Shown here piece by piece: positions 6,664 through 13,947 of a stretch of DNA of 14,483 nt. The DNA comes from Ostreococcus tauri (lineage: Eukaryota): positions 59,578 to 74,060 of the forward strand of contig CAID01000014.2 in NCBI GenBank assembly GCA_000214015.2, written 5' to 3'. Position 1 is the stretch's first letter; each line of letters begins with the position of its first letter. Both the position numbers and the translations under genes were made by a program. The notes under the pieces were generated by a model. That model saw only the letters and a program-made list of their open reading frames with translations, was not told the DNA's origin and made no database searches.

Positions 6664-7061
6664 TCAATTCCTCAACGGCGGCGACACCAGGGTCACCGCG
6701 TCGCCTCGAATGAACAAGTACGGGACGCGTCGCTTCGTCGTCTTCGTAAACTCTTCGAACGTCTCCTCGTCCGTCTCCGTGCTCGTGATCGTCTCCTCCA
6801 CCTCACCGAGGATCATATTCAGGTGTTGATCGTACGCCTGCGCGCATCGCGAGCGCGTCGTCGTCGTCGTCGTCGTCAGTCACGCGTTGGATTGGTGGAA
6901 AACAAAAAAAATCGCATCGTCGTCGTCGTCGTCGTCGTCGCACGCACGTGTAAGCGCCCTCTGGCCTCGCGATCACCCCTGAGCTTGACGTACACGCGCT
7001 CGTCCAGGGCGAGCCGTATGAGATCGAGCGGTTCGCGCACGGCGGCGTCGTCCTCAGCCAT
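6664..7061 (-). CDS. LSM3: Sm-like protein LSm3, two exons: complement(join(6664..6837,6948..7061)), 95 aa
   Basis: Exon 1 (7061-6948) encodes [38 protein letters not shown]. Exon 2 (6837-6664) encodes [57 protein letters not shown] followed by the stop. The joined product aligns end to end with human LSM3 as I recall it ([49 protein letters not shown]...FVRGDGVVLV). The intron is phase 0, with CAC|GTGCGT at the 5' splice site and GCGCAG|GCG at the 3' splice site. The ORF track shows only exon 1 read through into the intron (61 aa). Confidence 0.85.
6857..6877. repeat. (GTC)7 microsatellite inside the LSm3 intron
   Basis: Seven uninterrupted GTC units on the plus strand. Confidence 0.95.
6917..6940. 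repeat. (TCG)8 microsatellite inside the LSm3 intron
   Basis: Eight uninterrupted TCG units on the plus strand, the same repeat family as 6857-6877. Confidence 0.95.
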
Positions 7062-7124
7062 CGCGCGCGGACGTGTGAGGAGGGTTGGCGTCTCGCGCGC
7101 GCGTTCGCGGGCGAGCGATTTGGA

Positions 7125-8297
7125 TTACAAAATACCGTCGGCGTGAATGACTTTCGCGGGTGATTCGTGACGCGTACAGGTAAGATCGACGTCGAGCCAC
7201 GCGCGCCAGTCGTTGAGATCCTCGGGGGCGCGGACGCTGCCGCTGGACGCGATCCAACGCGGGACGCCGTCGACGCCGACGCGGACGCCCGCGGCGTAAG
7301 GCCAGTGCGGACTCAGGACGCACGTCTTGCCGATGATGATCAACGTCGGGGAGACCAACTCGCACTCGCGCGCGGCTTCGGGGAGGTGCTCTATCGAGCT
7401 GAACACACGGCGTTCGTCAACCGTGGTCCCGCGCTCGACGGCCACCGCGGGCGCGTCGCGAGGGAAACCGCTCTCGATGAGTTTTTCGCTCAATCGAGGA
7501 AGCGTGCCGAGACCCATGTAGACGACCAAAGTCGTGTCCGCATCCGCGCTCGTCACCGCGAAATCCACCGGGTCTTCGCCGCGCTCGCGCGCGCCCTCTC
7601 GTAAATGACCCGTGAGCAATCGCACCGACGTCGCGACGCCTCGATGCGTGAGCGGAATCCCGAGCTCGCTCCCCACGCCCGACGCCGCGGTGATGCCCGG
7701 AACGACCTCCACCCGCACGTCCGGATTCTTCTCCCGTAGAAACTCAAACTCTTCGCCACCGCGTCCGAATACCAACGGATCGCCGCCCTTTAACCTCAAA
7801 ATGAGCGCCCCGCGCTCGGCGAACGCCGACAACAGCGCGTGTATCTCCTCTTGCGTCCGCGTGTGAAATCCCGCGCGCTTCCCGACGTACACCATCCTCG
7901 CCTCTGTTCGCACCAGGTTTAATATCTCATTCGACACCAATCTATCGTACAACACCACGTCCGCCCGACGCATCAACTGAAACGCCCGCAAGGTTAACAG
8001 ACCCGGGTCTCCCGGCCCGCATCCCACGATGCACACGCGCGCCGCCGTCGTCGCCCCGTCGCGCGCGTCTTCCCGCGTGGACGTCGTCGCCCATTCGATC
8101 CCACCCACGCCCGCGCGCGCGGTGCGCACGACATCCGCGACGTCGTCGCCGTCGTCCGCGCGCGCGGCGTCGTCGTCGCCGCCGCCGGCGGACGCGCGCG
8201 GACGCCACGCGCGCGCGCGTCGAGCGCGTCGCGCGTCGACGCATCCCGACGCGCGCGCGATGACGTCGAACCCGATGCGCGGCGTCGCGCGCGGCAT
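7125..8297 (-). CDS. UPM1: Uroporphyrinogen-III C-methyltransferase (SUMT, first step of siroheme synthesis), likely plastid-targeted, 390 aa
   Basis: Tetrapyrrole methylase motifs are present: VCIVGCGPGDPGLLTLRA, DVVLYDRLV, RLKGGDPLVFGRGGEE, VVPGITAASG, TLVVYMG, PTLIIIGK. Start set at ATG 8297-8295 (MPRATPRIGFDVIARASG...), followed by an Arg/Ala/Ser-rich presequence. The ORF-track start at 8606 is TTG and overlaps the 3' end of the upstream EF-hand gene. The stop TAA (7125-7127) is embedded in TTTTGTAAT. Confidence 0.85.
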   Translation of the reverse strand: MPRATPRIGFDVIARASGCVDARRARRARAWRPRASAGGGDDDAARADDGDDVADVVRTARAGVGGIEWATTSTREDARDGATTAARVCIVGCGPGDPGLLTLRAFQLMRRADVVLYDRLVSNEILNLVRTEARMVYVGKRAGFHTRTQEEIHALLSAFAERGALILRLKGGDPLVFGRGGEEFEFLREKNPDVRVEVVPGITAASGVGSELGIPLTHRGVATSVRLLTGHLREGARERGEDPVDFAVTSADADTTLVVYMGLGTLPRLSEKLIESGFPRDAPAVAVERGTTVDERRVFSSIEHLPEAARECELVSPTLIIIGKTCVLSPHWPYAAGVRVGVDGVPRWIASSGSVRAPEDLNDWRAWLDVDLTCTRHESPAKVIHADGIL

Positions 8298-8457
8298 CGC
8301 GACGCCGAGCGCGAGGCGTGGGCGTCGGGATGTGTCGACATGCGTGTGGGCGAACAGTCTGGGATGTATGACAGCGGCGACGCCGCCGCGCGCGGGTGGT
8401 TTCAATGGGCTCTCGCTTCGTCCACGGCCGACGCCGCCGAAGCGCGCGCGACGGCGC

Positions 8458-9033
8458 TCACGCGTCGTCGTCCACGGGGACGCGCACGGTGGGTAAGGTG
8501 CGATCGACCGCGGAGAGGGCGCGTCGGAACTCGTCAAAGGCGACGCCGCGCGCGGACCCCTCGCGCGCGTCCGCGCGCTCGGCGCGCATCGCCCGTAAAT
8601 CCTCAAACGCTCGGTGTATTAACGCGTTGAAGTCTTCCTCGGACACGCTCGATCCCACGAGATGTCGAGTCATGGTTTCTAAATCGCTTCGCGCGATTTC
8701 GCCGTCCCGGTCGACGTCGTGGCACTGAAACATGAAGCGCAAGCGATCGTCCCGACTCGCTCTCGGTGAGAGCGCGCTTAACATTTTCACGAAATCCTTA
8801 AAGTTTTGATTTTGAAACATCTGCACGATTCTCGGCGCGAGCGGGGAGATGGCGAGCTCGGGGATGGCCATTAATTCATCCTCGGTGAGGAATCCTTTGT
8901 GTCTCTTGTCCAACGATCGGAATCGCGCGTACAGGGCCTGGATCTCTCTCGACGTGAACTTCCCGTCGCAGTGTTGCTGGACGTCCTCGATGTCGTACTG
9001 GGTGAGGTTGAGGGAGGAGGCGGTGAGTCCCAT
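8458..9033 (-). CDS. EF-hand calcium-binding protein of the calcineurin-B-homologous (CHP/CBL-like) type, 191 aa, N-myristoylation consensus
   Basis: Start set at ATG 9033-9031, giving MGLTASS (MGxxxS myristoylation consensus). FTSREIQALYARFRSLDKRHKGFLTEDELMAIPELAISPLAPRIV parallels human CHP1 ([45 protein letters not shown]). There is a canonical EF loop, DVDRDGEIARSDLE. The upstream part of the ORF-track ORF (to 9357) overlaps the APS reductase CDS and is Arg/Pro-rich. Stop is TGA 8458-8460. Confidence 0.8.
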   Translation of the reverse strand: MGLTASSLNLTQYDIEDVQQHCDGKFTSREIQALYARFRSLDKRHKGFLTEDELMAIPELAISPLAPRIVQMFQNQNFKDFVKMLSALSPRASRDDRLRFMFQCHDVDRDGEIARSDLETMTRHLVGSSVSEEDFNALIHRAFEDLRAMRAERADAREGSARGVAFDEFRRALSAVDRTLPTVRVPVDDDA

Positions 9034-9209
9034 GGCGGACGCGGCCGCGCGGAGGCGCCGCGCGGGACGGGGGCGAGGCGGAGACTGGGGACGCGAAAGA
9101 GACGCCGACGCGGCTCGGTGGCGCGATCGTTCATCGTTCGCGTGCGTCGTAGGGGGGAGATGTATTGATAAATATGCGTCGAGAACGCGTCGTCTGGCGC
9201 CGTGGCGTC

Positions 9210-10430
9210 TCATATTTTTCCACAGACGCTCTCGATGAAGATTCGCAACGAGTCCGCGTCCCTGCGCTCGCTCCCGAGCTTGATGTATCCGGATCGACCC
9301 TTGGGGAACAGGAGAACGGTCGGGAACGAGTTGAGGGATAGGTTTTCCTTGGCCCACTCCTTTTCGTCGCGATCGGCGCGGAATTTGGCGAACGTGATCC
9401 CGTTCGGCGTGAGGCGCTCCGCCGCGGTTTCATAGCCGTCGACCATGCGTTGGCAGTGCGGACACCACGGGGCGTAGAGCACGGCGAGCGTCGTCTCCGC
9501 GTGCGTCTTTTCATCCCGCAACGCCGCGATCTGGTCGTGCGAGAGCGCGCGTACGAGTTCGTGCTCGAAGATGTCCTCCTCCGTCGCTTCGCGATCCTCT
9601 TGCGTCTTCTTCGCCTCGTCGGATACGTTGCCGCTGTGCAATCCGCACTCCTTGGACGCGGCGTCTTCCCACCACCATCGACCCTCGCGCTCTTGCTGTC
9701 CCGGGAGTACGGCGCGAGTGCACGGCGCACAACCGATCGAGACGTACCCTCGCTCGTGCAAAGCGTTCACGGGCGTGCCCATGACGCGCAAGAAATCCCA
9801 AACCTCGGTCGACGTCATATCCGTGAGCGGATTGTACTTCATCAAACTCCCCTCGCCTCCCTTCGCACCGACGAACACCGGATCGACCTGCGACGCCGGC
9901 ACCGCGTTCCTCGTCCCCGGGCTCTGATCCTTCCTCTGTCCCGTCATCCACGCGTCCAACGTCGCCAGCTTTGCCCGCAACGGCTGCACCTTGCGCACGC
10001 CGCAGCACTCCTTGTGTCCATCCTCGTAAAACGAAAACATCCCCTTTTCATTCACCAGCGCCTTCACCGCATCCGCGTCTGGAAAACAGTACTCAATCTT
10101 TATTCCAAAGTGTTTCTCCACCGCATCGAACAGCTCGTACGTCTCCGGGTTCAACCGTCCCGTGTCCAGCGAGAACACGCGAAACCCCCGTCCCGTGAGC
10201 GCCGCGTACTGAATCACCGCCACGTCCTCCGCCCCGCTGAACGCGATCGCGATTCGATCACCGTGCGTCTCCAACGCGTGATCGACAATCTCCAGCGCCG
10301 TCGCGCGCGCCCGCGCGTCCCTCGCGGGCGTCACTCGCGACGTTCTTCGCGAGGCTTTCACGTCATCGCCAAAAACGCGATTCCTCGCGATGCGCTGGAC
10401 GACCGGGCCCGCGCGCGCGCGCGACGTCAT
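9210..10430 (-). CDS. APR: Plant-type 5'-adenylylsulfate (APS) reductase with C-terminal thioredoxin-like domain, likely plastid-targeted, 406 aa
   Basis: The PAPS/APS-reductase domain shows [12 protein letters not shown] and the Fe-S cluster cysteines ([10 protein letters not shown] and SIGCAPCT), plus the catalytic KECGLH. The C-terminal redox domain is [13 protein letters not shown]...[11 protein letters not shown]. The ORF-track start at 10445 is GTG; the first ATG is 10430-10428 ([17 protein letters not shown]..., a basic presequence). Stop is TGA 9210-9212. Confidence 0.9.
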   Translation of the reverse strand: MTSRARAGPVVQRIARNRVFGDDVKASRRTSRVTPARDARARATALEIVDHALETHGDRIAIAFSGAEDVAVIQYAALTGRGFRVFSLDTGRLNPETYELFDAVEKHFGIKIEYCFPDADAVKALVNEKGMFSFYEDGHKECCGVRKVQPLRAKLATLDAWMTGQRKDQSPGTRNAVPASQVDPVFVGAKGGEGSLMKYNPLTDMTSTEVWDFLRVMGTPVNALHERGYVSIGCAPCTRAVLPGQQEREGRWWWEDAASKECGLHSGNVSDEAKKTQEDREATEEDIFEHELVRALSHDQIAALRDEKTHAETTLAVLYAPWCPHCQRMVDGYETAAERLTPNGITFAKFRADRDEKEWAKENLSLNSFPTVLLFPKGRSGYIKLGSERRDADSLRIFIESVCGKI

Positions 10431-10533
10431 CGCGCGTCCGTTCACGATCGTCAGGCGCGCGGCGTTCCGTCGCGCGCGCGATGCCGCGGCGACTGACGCG
10501 TTCGATGCGTCGAAGTGATGAAATCATGCATTG
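10431..10533. promoter_or_regulatory. Head-to-head intergenic region, presumed bidirectional promoter (APS reductase / DHX16)
   Basis: 103 bp lie between the divergent ATGs at 10430 (minus) and 10534 (plus). The right-hand part, 10501-10545, is relatively A/T-rich and packed with ATG triplets. Confidence 0.5.
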
Positions 10534-13500
10534 ATGACATCCATGAAAACGCCCATCGCCACCGCCCGTCGCGTCGCGGGCGCGATGACGCTCGACGACG
10601 TCATCCGAGACGGCCTCCACGACCTCCTCGGGATGTCCGCGCGCGCGCTCGAGTCCTTCGTCGCGGACGCGGCGTCGAGGGTTGATTTCAATCCACACGC
10701 GTTGACCACCGAGCTCGTCCACGCCGGGCTCTCGAGCGACGACGGCGCGCGCGCGTTCGCCGAGCGCGTGTGCGCGTGCGGTCGCGACGGGCGAGACGCG
10801 CGCGAGCGGGCGCCGAGGGCGGTGGTGGCGGCGGCGGCTGGATCATCATTCGCGGCGGCGGACGCGTACGCGCTCGTGGAGGCGACGCCGTCGAGCTCGG
10901 AGAACGACGACGCGACGGTGTCTCGAGGGCGACGGCGCGCGGAGAAACGTGGGAAGAAGCTGCGGCGACGGGCGGTGGATGACGGGGGGTCGAGCGAGGA
11001 GGACGCGGTGGCGGCGGCGACGCGGCGGGTCGCGCTCGGGCGGGCGCGGGGGACGCGGGACGACGACGCGGAGACGACGCCGGAGAGCGAGAGCGAGGAG
11101 ACGACGCGGCGACGGGAGATGGAGGAGGATGCGCGGGAGCGGGATGCGTTTGAGGAACGGTTGCGGGCGAGGGATGCGGCGAAGACGAAAAAGGTGAATG
11201 AGCGAGAGCCGAGCGAGGCGGAGCGCGCCGAGGCGGAACGACGAGGGGCGCGTCTCGAGAGCGATGCGCAGCGCATGGATCTCGTTCCGGAGCTTCGTAA
11301 GGTGTCGAGACAGGAGTACTTGAAGAAGCGCGAACTCCAAAAACTCGAAGAACTCAAGGAATCGATTCGTGAGACGGAGTACTTTTACGAAGGCCAAGAC
11401 GTGACTGAGGAACAACGGGCGGATCTCGAGAAGAGGAAAAAGGTGTACGAGCTCGCGATGGAACAGATCAATAGCATTAACGAGGCGCTGGAGGAGCGGT
11501 ATCAAATTCCCACGGCGTATGACGATCCGAACAAGCCTAAATCGATGAACGAGCGGTTCGCCGTCGCGAGACAGCGGTACAAGGAGCCGGATCCGGAGGA
11601 CGACGCCAACCCGTTCAAGGATCAGGATCGATGGGAGGCGCATCAGGTGAAGCAAGCGCAGACGCAGTTCGGGGCGAAAAATAAAAAGACAGAGGAGAAG
11701 CAGTACGATCTCCTGTACGACGATCAGATCAAGTTCATTAAGGATGAAATCATGGCGGGAGACGGCGTATCCGATGAGAGCGACGGCGACGACGTCTCCG
11801 ATCGGAGCGACGAGAGCGAGATGGATGAGGAGAAGCGCACGAAGCTGGCGTTGGCAGGGAAGCTTGGAAAGCGGGCGAAGATCGAAGCAGATCGTAAATC
11901 GCTGCCGATTTTCCCATATCGCGATGGTCTCATCAAGGCTGTCGAGGATCATCAAGTCGTCGTCATCGTCGGCGAAACCGGTTCGGGCAAAACGACGCAG
12001 ATTCCTCAATACATGTGGGAGGCTGGCTTCGGTGGGAAGACGCAAAAGATTGGATGCACACAGCCGAGACGCGTCGCCGCGATGTCTGTCGCGGCGCGCG
12101 TCGCCGAAGAGGCTGGGGTCAAGCTTGGACACGAAGTGGGTTACTCGATTCGTTTCGAGGATTGCACAAACGACAAGACTCGACTCAAGTACATGACGGA
12201 CGGTATGCTTTTGCGCGAATTTCTAGGCGAGCCCGATCTCTCTTCGTATGCGGTGATGATGGTGGACGAAGCGCACGAGCGCACCCTGCACACGGACGTG
12301 CTCTTCGGTCTCGTCAAGGACATTGCTCGCTTCCGTCCAGAGATCAAACTTTTGATATCCTCCGCCACGCTCGACGCAGAAAAGTTCAGCGAGTATTTTG
12401 ATTTTGCGCCAATCTTTAGGATTCCAGGTCGTAGGTTCCCGGTCGACATCTTGTACACTCAACAGCCCGAGGCTGATTACGTCGACGCGTCCGTGGTGAC
12501 CATCTTACAAATTCACCTGACGCAACCAGAGGGCGACATCTTGGTATTTTGCACCGGTCAGGAGGAGATTGAAAACATCGAAGAGCTTCTGAAGACGAGA
12601 ATCCATGAGATGGAGAAGAAACCGCCAGAACTCATCATCGCCCCGATATATTCTTCACTTCCGAGCGATTTACAGGCGAAGATTTTTGAGGATCCACCCA
12701 AAGGCGCGCGCAAGGTTGTCTTGGCGACGAACATCGCCGAGACGTCGCTCACGATTGATGGCATCAAGTACGTCATCGATCCTGGGTTTTGCAAGCAGAA
12801 GAGCTATAATCCGCGCACCGGTATGGAATCTCTCGTCGTCACACCGACGTCGCAGGCGAGCGCGTTGCAGCGCGCCGGTCGCGCCGGTCGTACCTCGGCG
12901 GGTAAATGTTTCCGTCTGTACACGGCGTGGAGCTTCCAAAACGAGCTCGACCCGAACACGGTGCCGGAGATTCAACGGACAAACCTTGGGAACGTCGTAC
13001 TCATGCTCAAATCGCTCGGGATCAATGACCTGATGAACTTTGATTTCATGGACCCCCCGCCCGCGGAGACGCTCCTGCGAGCGCTCGAACAGTTGTACGC
13101 TCTCGGCGCGCTGAATGACCGCGGTGAGCTCACAAAGCTCGGACGTAAGATGGCCGAGTTCCCCCTCGACCCAATGCTCTCCAAGACGCTCTGCGCGAGC
13201 GACAAGTACAAGGTGAGCGATGAAGTCATGACGATATGCTGTATGCTGTCTTGCGGCAACGCCGTGTTCTATCGCCCGAAAGACAAACTACAGCTCGCCG
13301 ATCACGCGCACAAAGCGTTTCACATCGGCAATCCCGGTGATCACATCGCACTCTTAAACGTGTACAACTCTTGGCGCGACGCCGATTTTTCCGTGACTTG
13401 GTGTTACGAAAATTTCGTGCAGCAGCGAACGATGAAGACGGCGCGGGACATCCGAGAGCAACTCGAAAAGCTTCTCGAGCGCGTCGAAATCGAGCCCTCG

Positions 13501-13842
13501 TCCAATCCAAACGACATCGACGGCATCAAGAAGTGCATCACGAGTGGCTTCTTCTATCACACGGCCAAGCTGCAAAAGAACGGGAGCTATCGCACGGTGA
13601 AAAATCCGCAAACGGTGGCGATCCACCCCTCGAGCGGACTCGCGAAAGAGCTTCCTCGATGGGTCGTGTACTTTGAGCTCGTGTATACGTCCAAGGAGTA
13701 CATGAGACAGGTGATCGAGATCAAACCCGAGTGGCTCGTCGAAATCGCGCCGCACTACTACAAGAGGAAGGAGATCGAGGGCGAGACGATCAAGATGGGT
13801 AAGGCGGGCACGGGCAAGAAGTCAGACGTCGTCTTGGCGTGA
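10534..13842 (+). CDS. DHX16: DEAH-box pre-mRNA splicing helicase PRP2 / DHX16 orthologue, about 1100 aa
   Basis: Helicase motifs are present: GETGSGKTTQIPQY (I), MVDEAHERTLHTD (II, DEAH), SSATLD (III), TNIAETSLTIDGI (V), QRAGRAGR (VI). HA2/OB-fold C-terminal regions follow. The N-terminal features are DHX16-specific as I recall the human protein: LDDVIRDGLHDLLGMSARALESFV (compare [24 protein letters not shown]) and LVPELRKVSRQEYLKKRELQKLEELK (compare [26 protein letters not shown]). The ORF-track start at 10531 is TTG. Candidate ATGs are 10534, 10543 and 10585, and the human alignment favours 10585 (MTLDD). Stop is TGA 13840-13842. Confidence 0.9.
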   Translation: MTSMKTPIATARRVAGAMTLDDVIRDGLHDLLGMSARALESFVADAASRVDFNPHALTTELVHAGLSSDDGARAFAERVCACGRDGRDARERAPRAVVAAAAGSSFAAADAYALVEATPSSSENDDATVSRGRRRAEKRGKKLRRRAVDDGGSSEEDAVAAATRRVALGRARGTRDDDAETTPESESEETTRRREMEEDARERDAFEERLRARDAAKTKKVNEREPSEAERAEAERRGARLESDAQRMDLVPELRKVSRQEYLKKRELQKLEELKESIRETEYFYEGQDVTEEQRADLEKRKKVYELAMEQINSINEALEERYQIPTAYDDPNKPKSMNERFAVARQRYKEPDPEDDANPFKDQDRWEAHQVKQAQTQFGAKNKKTEEKQYDLLYDDQIKFIKDEIMAGDGVSDESDGDDVSDRSDESEMDEEKRTKLALAGKLGKRAKIEADRKSLPIFPYRDGLIKAVEDHQVVVIVGETGSGKTTQIPQYMWEAGFGGKTQKIGCTQPRRVAAMSVAARVAEEAGVKLGHEVGYSIRFEDCTNDKTRLKYMTDGMLLREFLGEPDLSSYAVMMVDEAHERTLHTDVLFGLVKDIARFRPEIKLLISSATLDAEKFSEYFDFAPIFRIPGRRFPVDILYTQQPEADYVDASVVTILQIHLTQPEGDILVFCTGQEEIENIEELLKTRIHEMEKKPPELIIAPIYSSLPSDLQAKIFEDPPKGARKVVLATNIAETSLTIDGIKYVIDPGFCKQKSYNPRTGMESLVVTPTSQASALQRAGRAGRTSAGKCFRLYTAWSFQNELDPNTVPEIQRTNLGNVVLMLKSLGINDLMNFDFMDPPPAETLLRALEQLYALGALNDRGELTKLGRKMAEFPLDPMLSKTLCASDKYKVSDEVMTICCMLSCGNAVFYRPKDKLQLADHAHKAFHIGNPGDHIALLNVYNSWRDADFSVTWCYENFVQQRTMKTARDIREQLEKLLERVEIEPSSNPNDIDGIKKCITSGFFYHTAKLQKNGSYRTVKNPQTVAIHPSSGLAKELPRWVVYFELVYTSKEYMRQVIEIKPEWLVEIAPHYYKRKEIEGETIKMGKAGTGKKSDVVLA

Positions 13843-13947
13843 CGAAGCACCAGAAACATCTTAGCACATAGAGAGCCGACGCTTTTTCGTTCACAAATAT
13901 TTGTTAGTGCGAATGAATGATGTGTTGATTTCAATGACTTAATTCGT

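Larger units (their letters stand above)
6838..6947 (-). other. Spliceosomal intron of LSm3 (110 nt, GT-AG)
   Basis: Layout: 5' GTGCGTGC, (GAC)8, GATGCGATTTTTTTTGTTTTCCACCAATCCAACGCGTGACT, (GAC)7, GCGCTCGCGATGCGCGCAG 3'. A CTGAC branch-point-like motif lies about 40 nt upstream of the AG. Intron retention would reach an in-frame stop after 23 codons. Confidence 0.8.

Noticed and set aside
6368-6829. 153-aa plus-strand ORF spanning the RTF1 3' end and LSm3 exon 2
   Set aside because: It is out of frame with RTF1 and antisense to the conserved LSm3 exon 2. It has no recognisable domain.
8298-8606. Upstream extension of the methyltransferase ORF (7125..8606, minus)
   Set aside because: The start is TTG rather than ATG, and the extension overlaps the 3' end of the EF-hand gene (stop at 8458). 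The ATG at 8297 is followed by a plausible transit-peptide-like presequence.
9034-9357. Upstream extension of the EF-hand ORF (8458..9357, minus)
   Set aside because: It overlaps the C-terminal coding region of APS reductase in another frame and has Arg/Pro-rich composition. The internal ATG at 9033 gives a textbook MGxxxS myristoylation start matching the CHP family.
9450-10496. 348-aa ORF antisense to APS reductase
   Set aside because: Same reasoning: an Arg/Leu/His-rich translation opposite a strongly conserved enzyme CDS.
10524-12132. ORFs 10524..11357 (-) and 10846..12132 (-), antisense to DHX16
   Set aside because: They give Ser/Arg-rich and Leu/Arg-rich low-complexity translations opposite a conserved helicase gene. 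They are GC-content artefacts.
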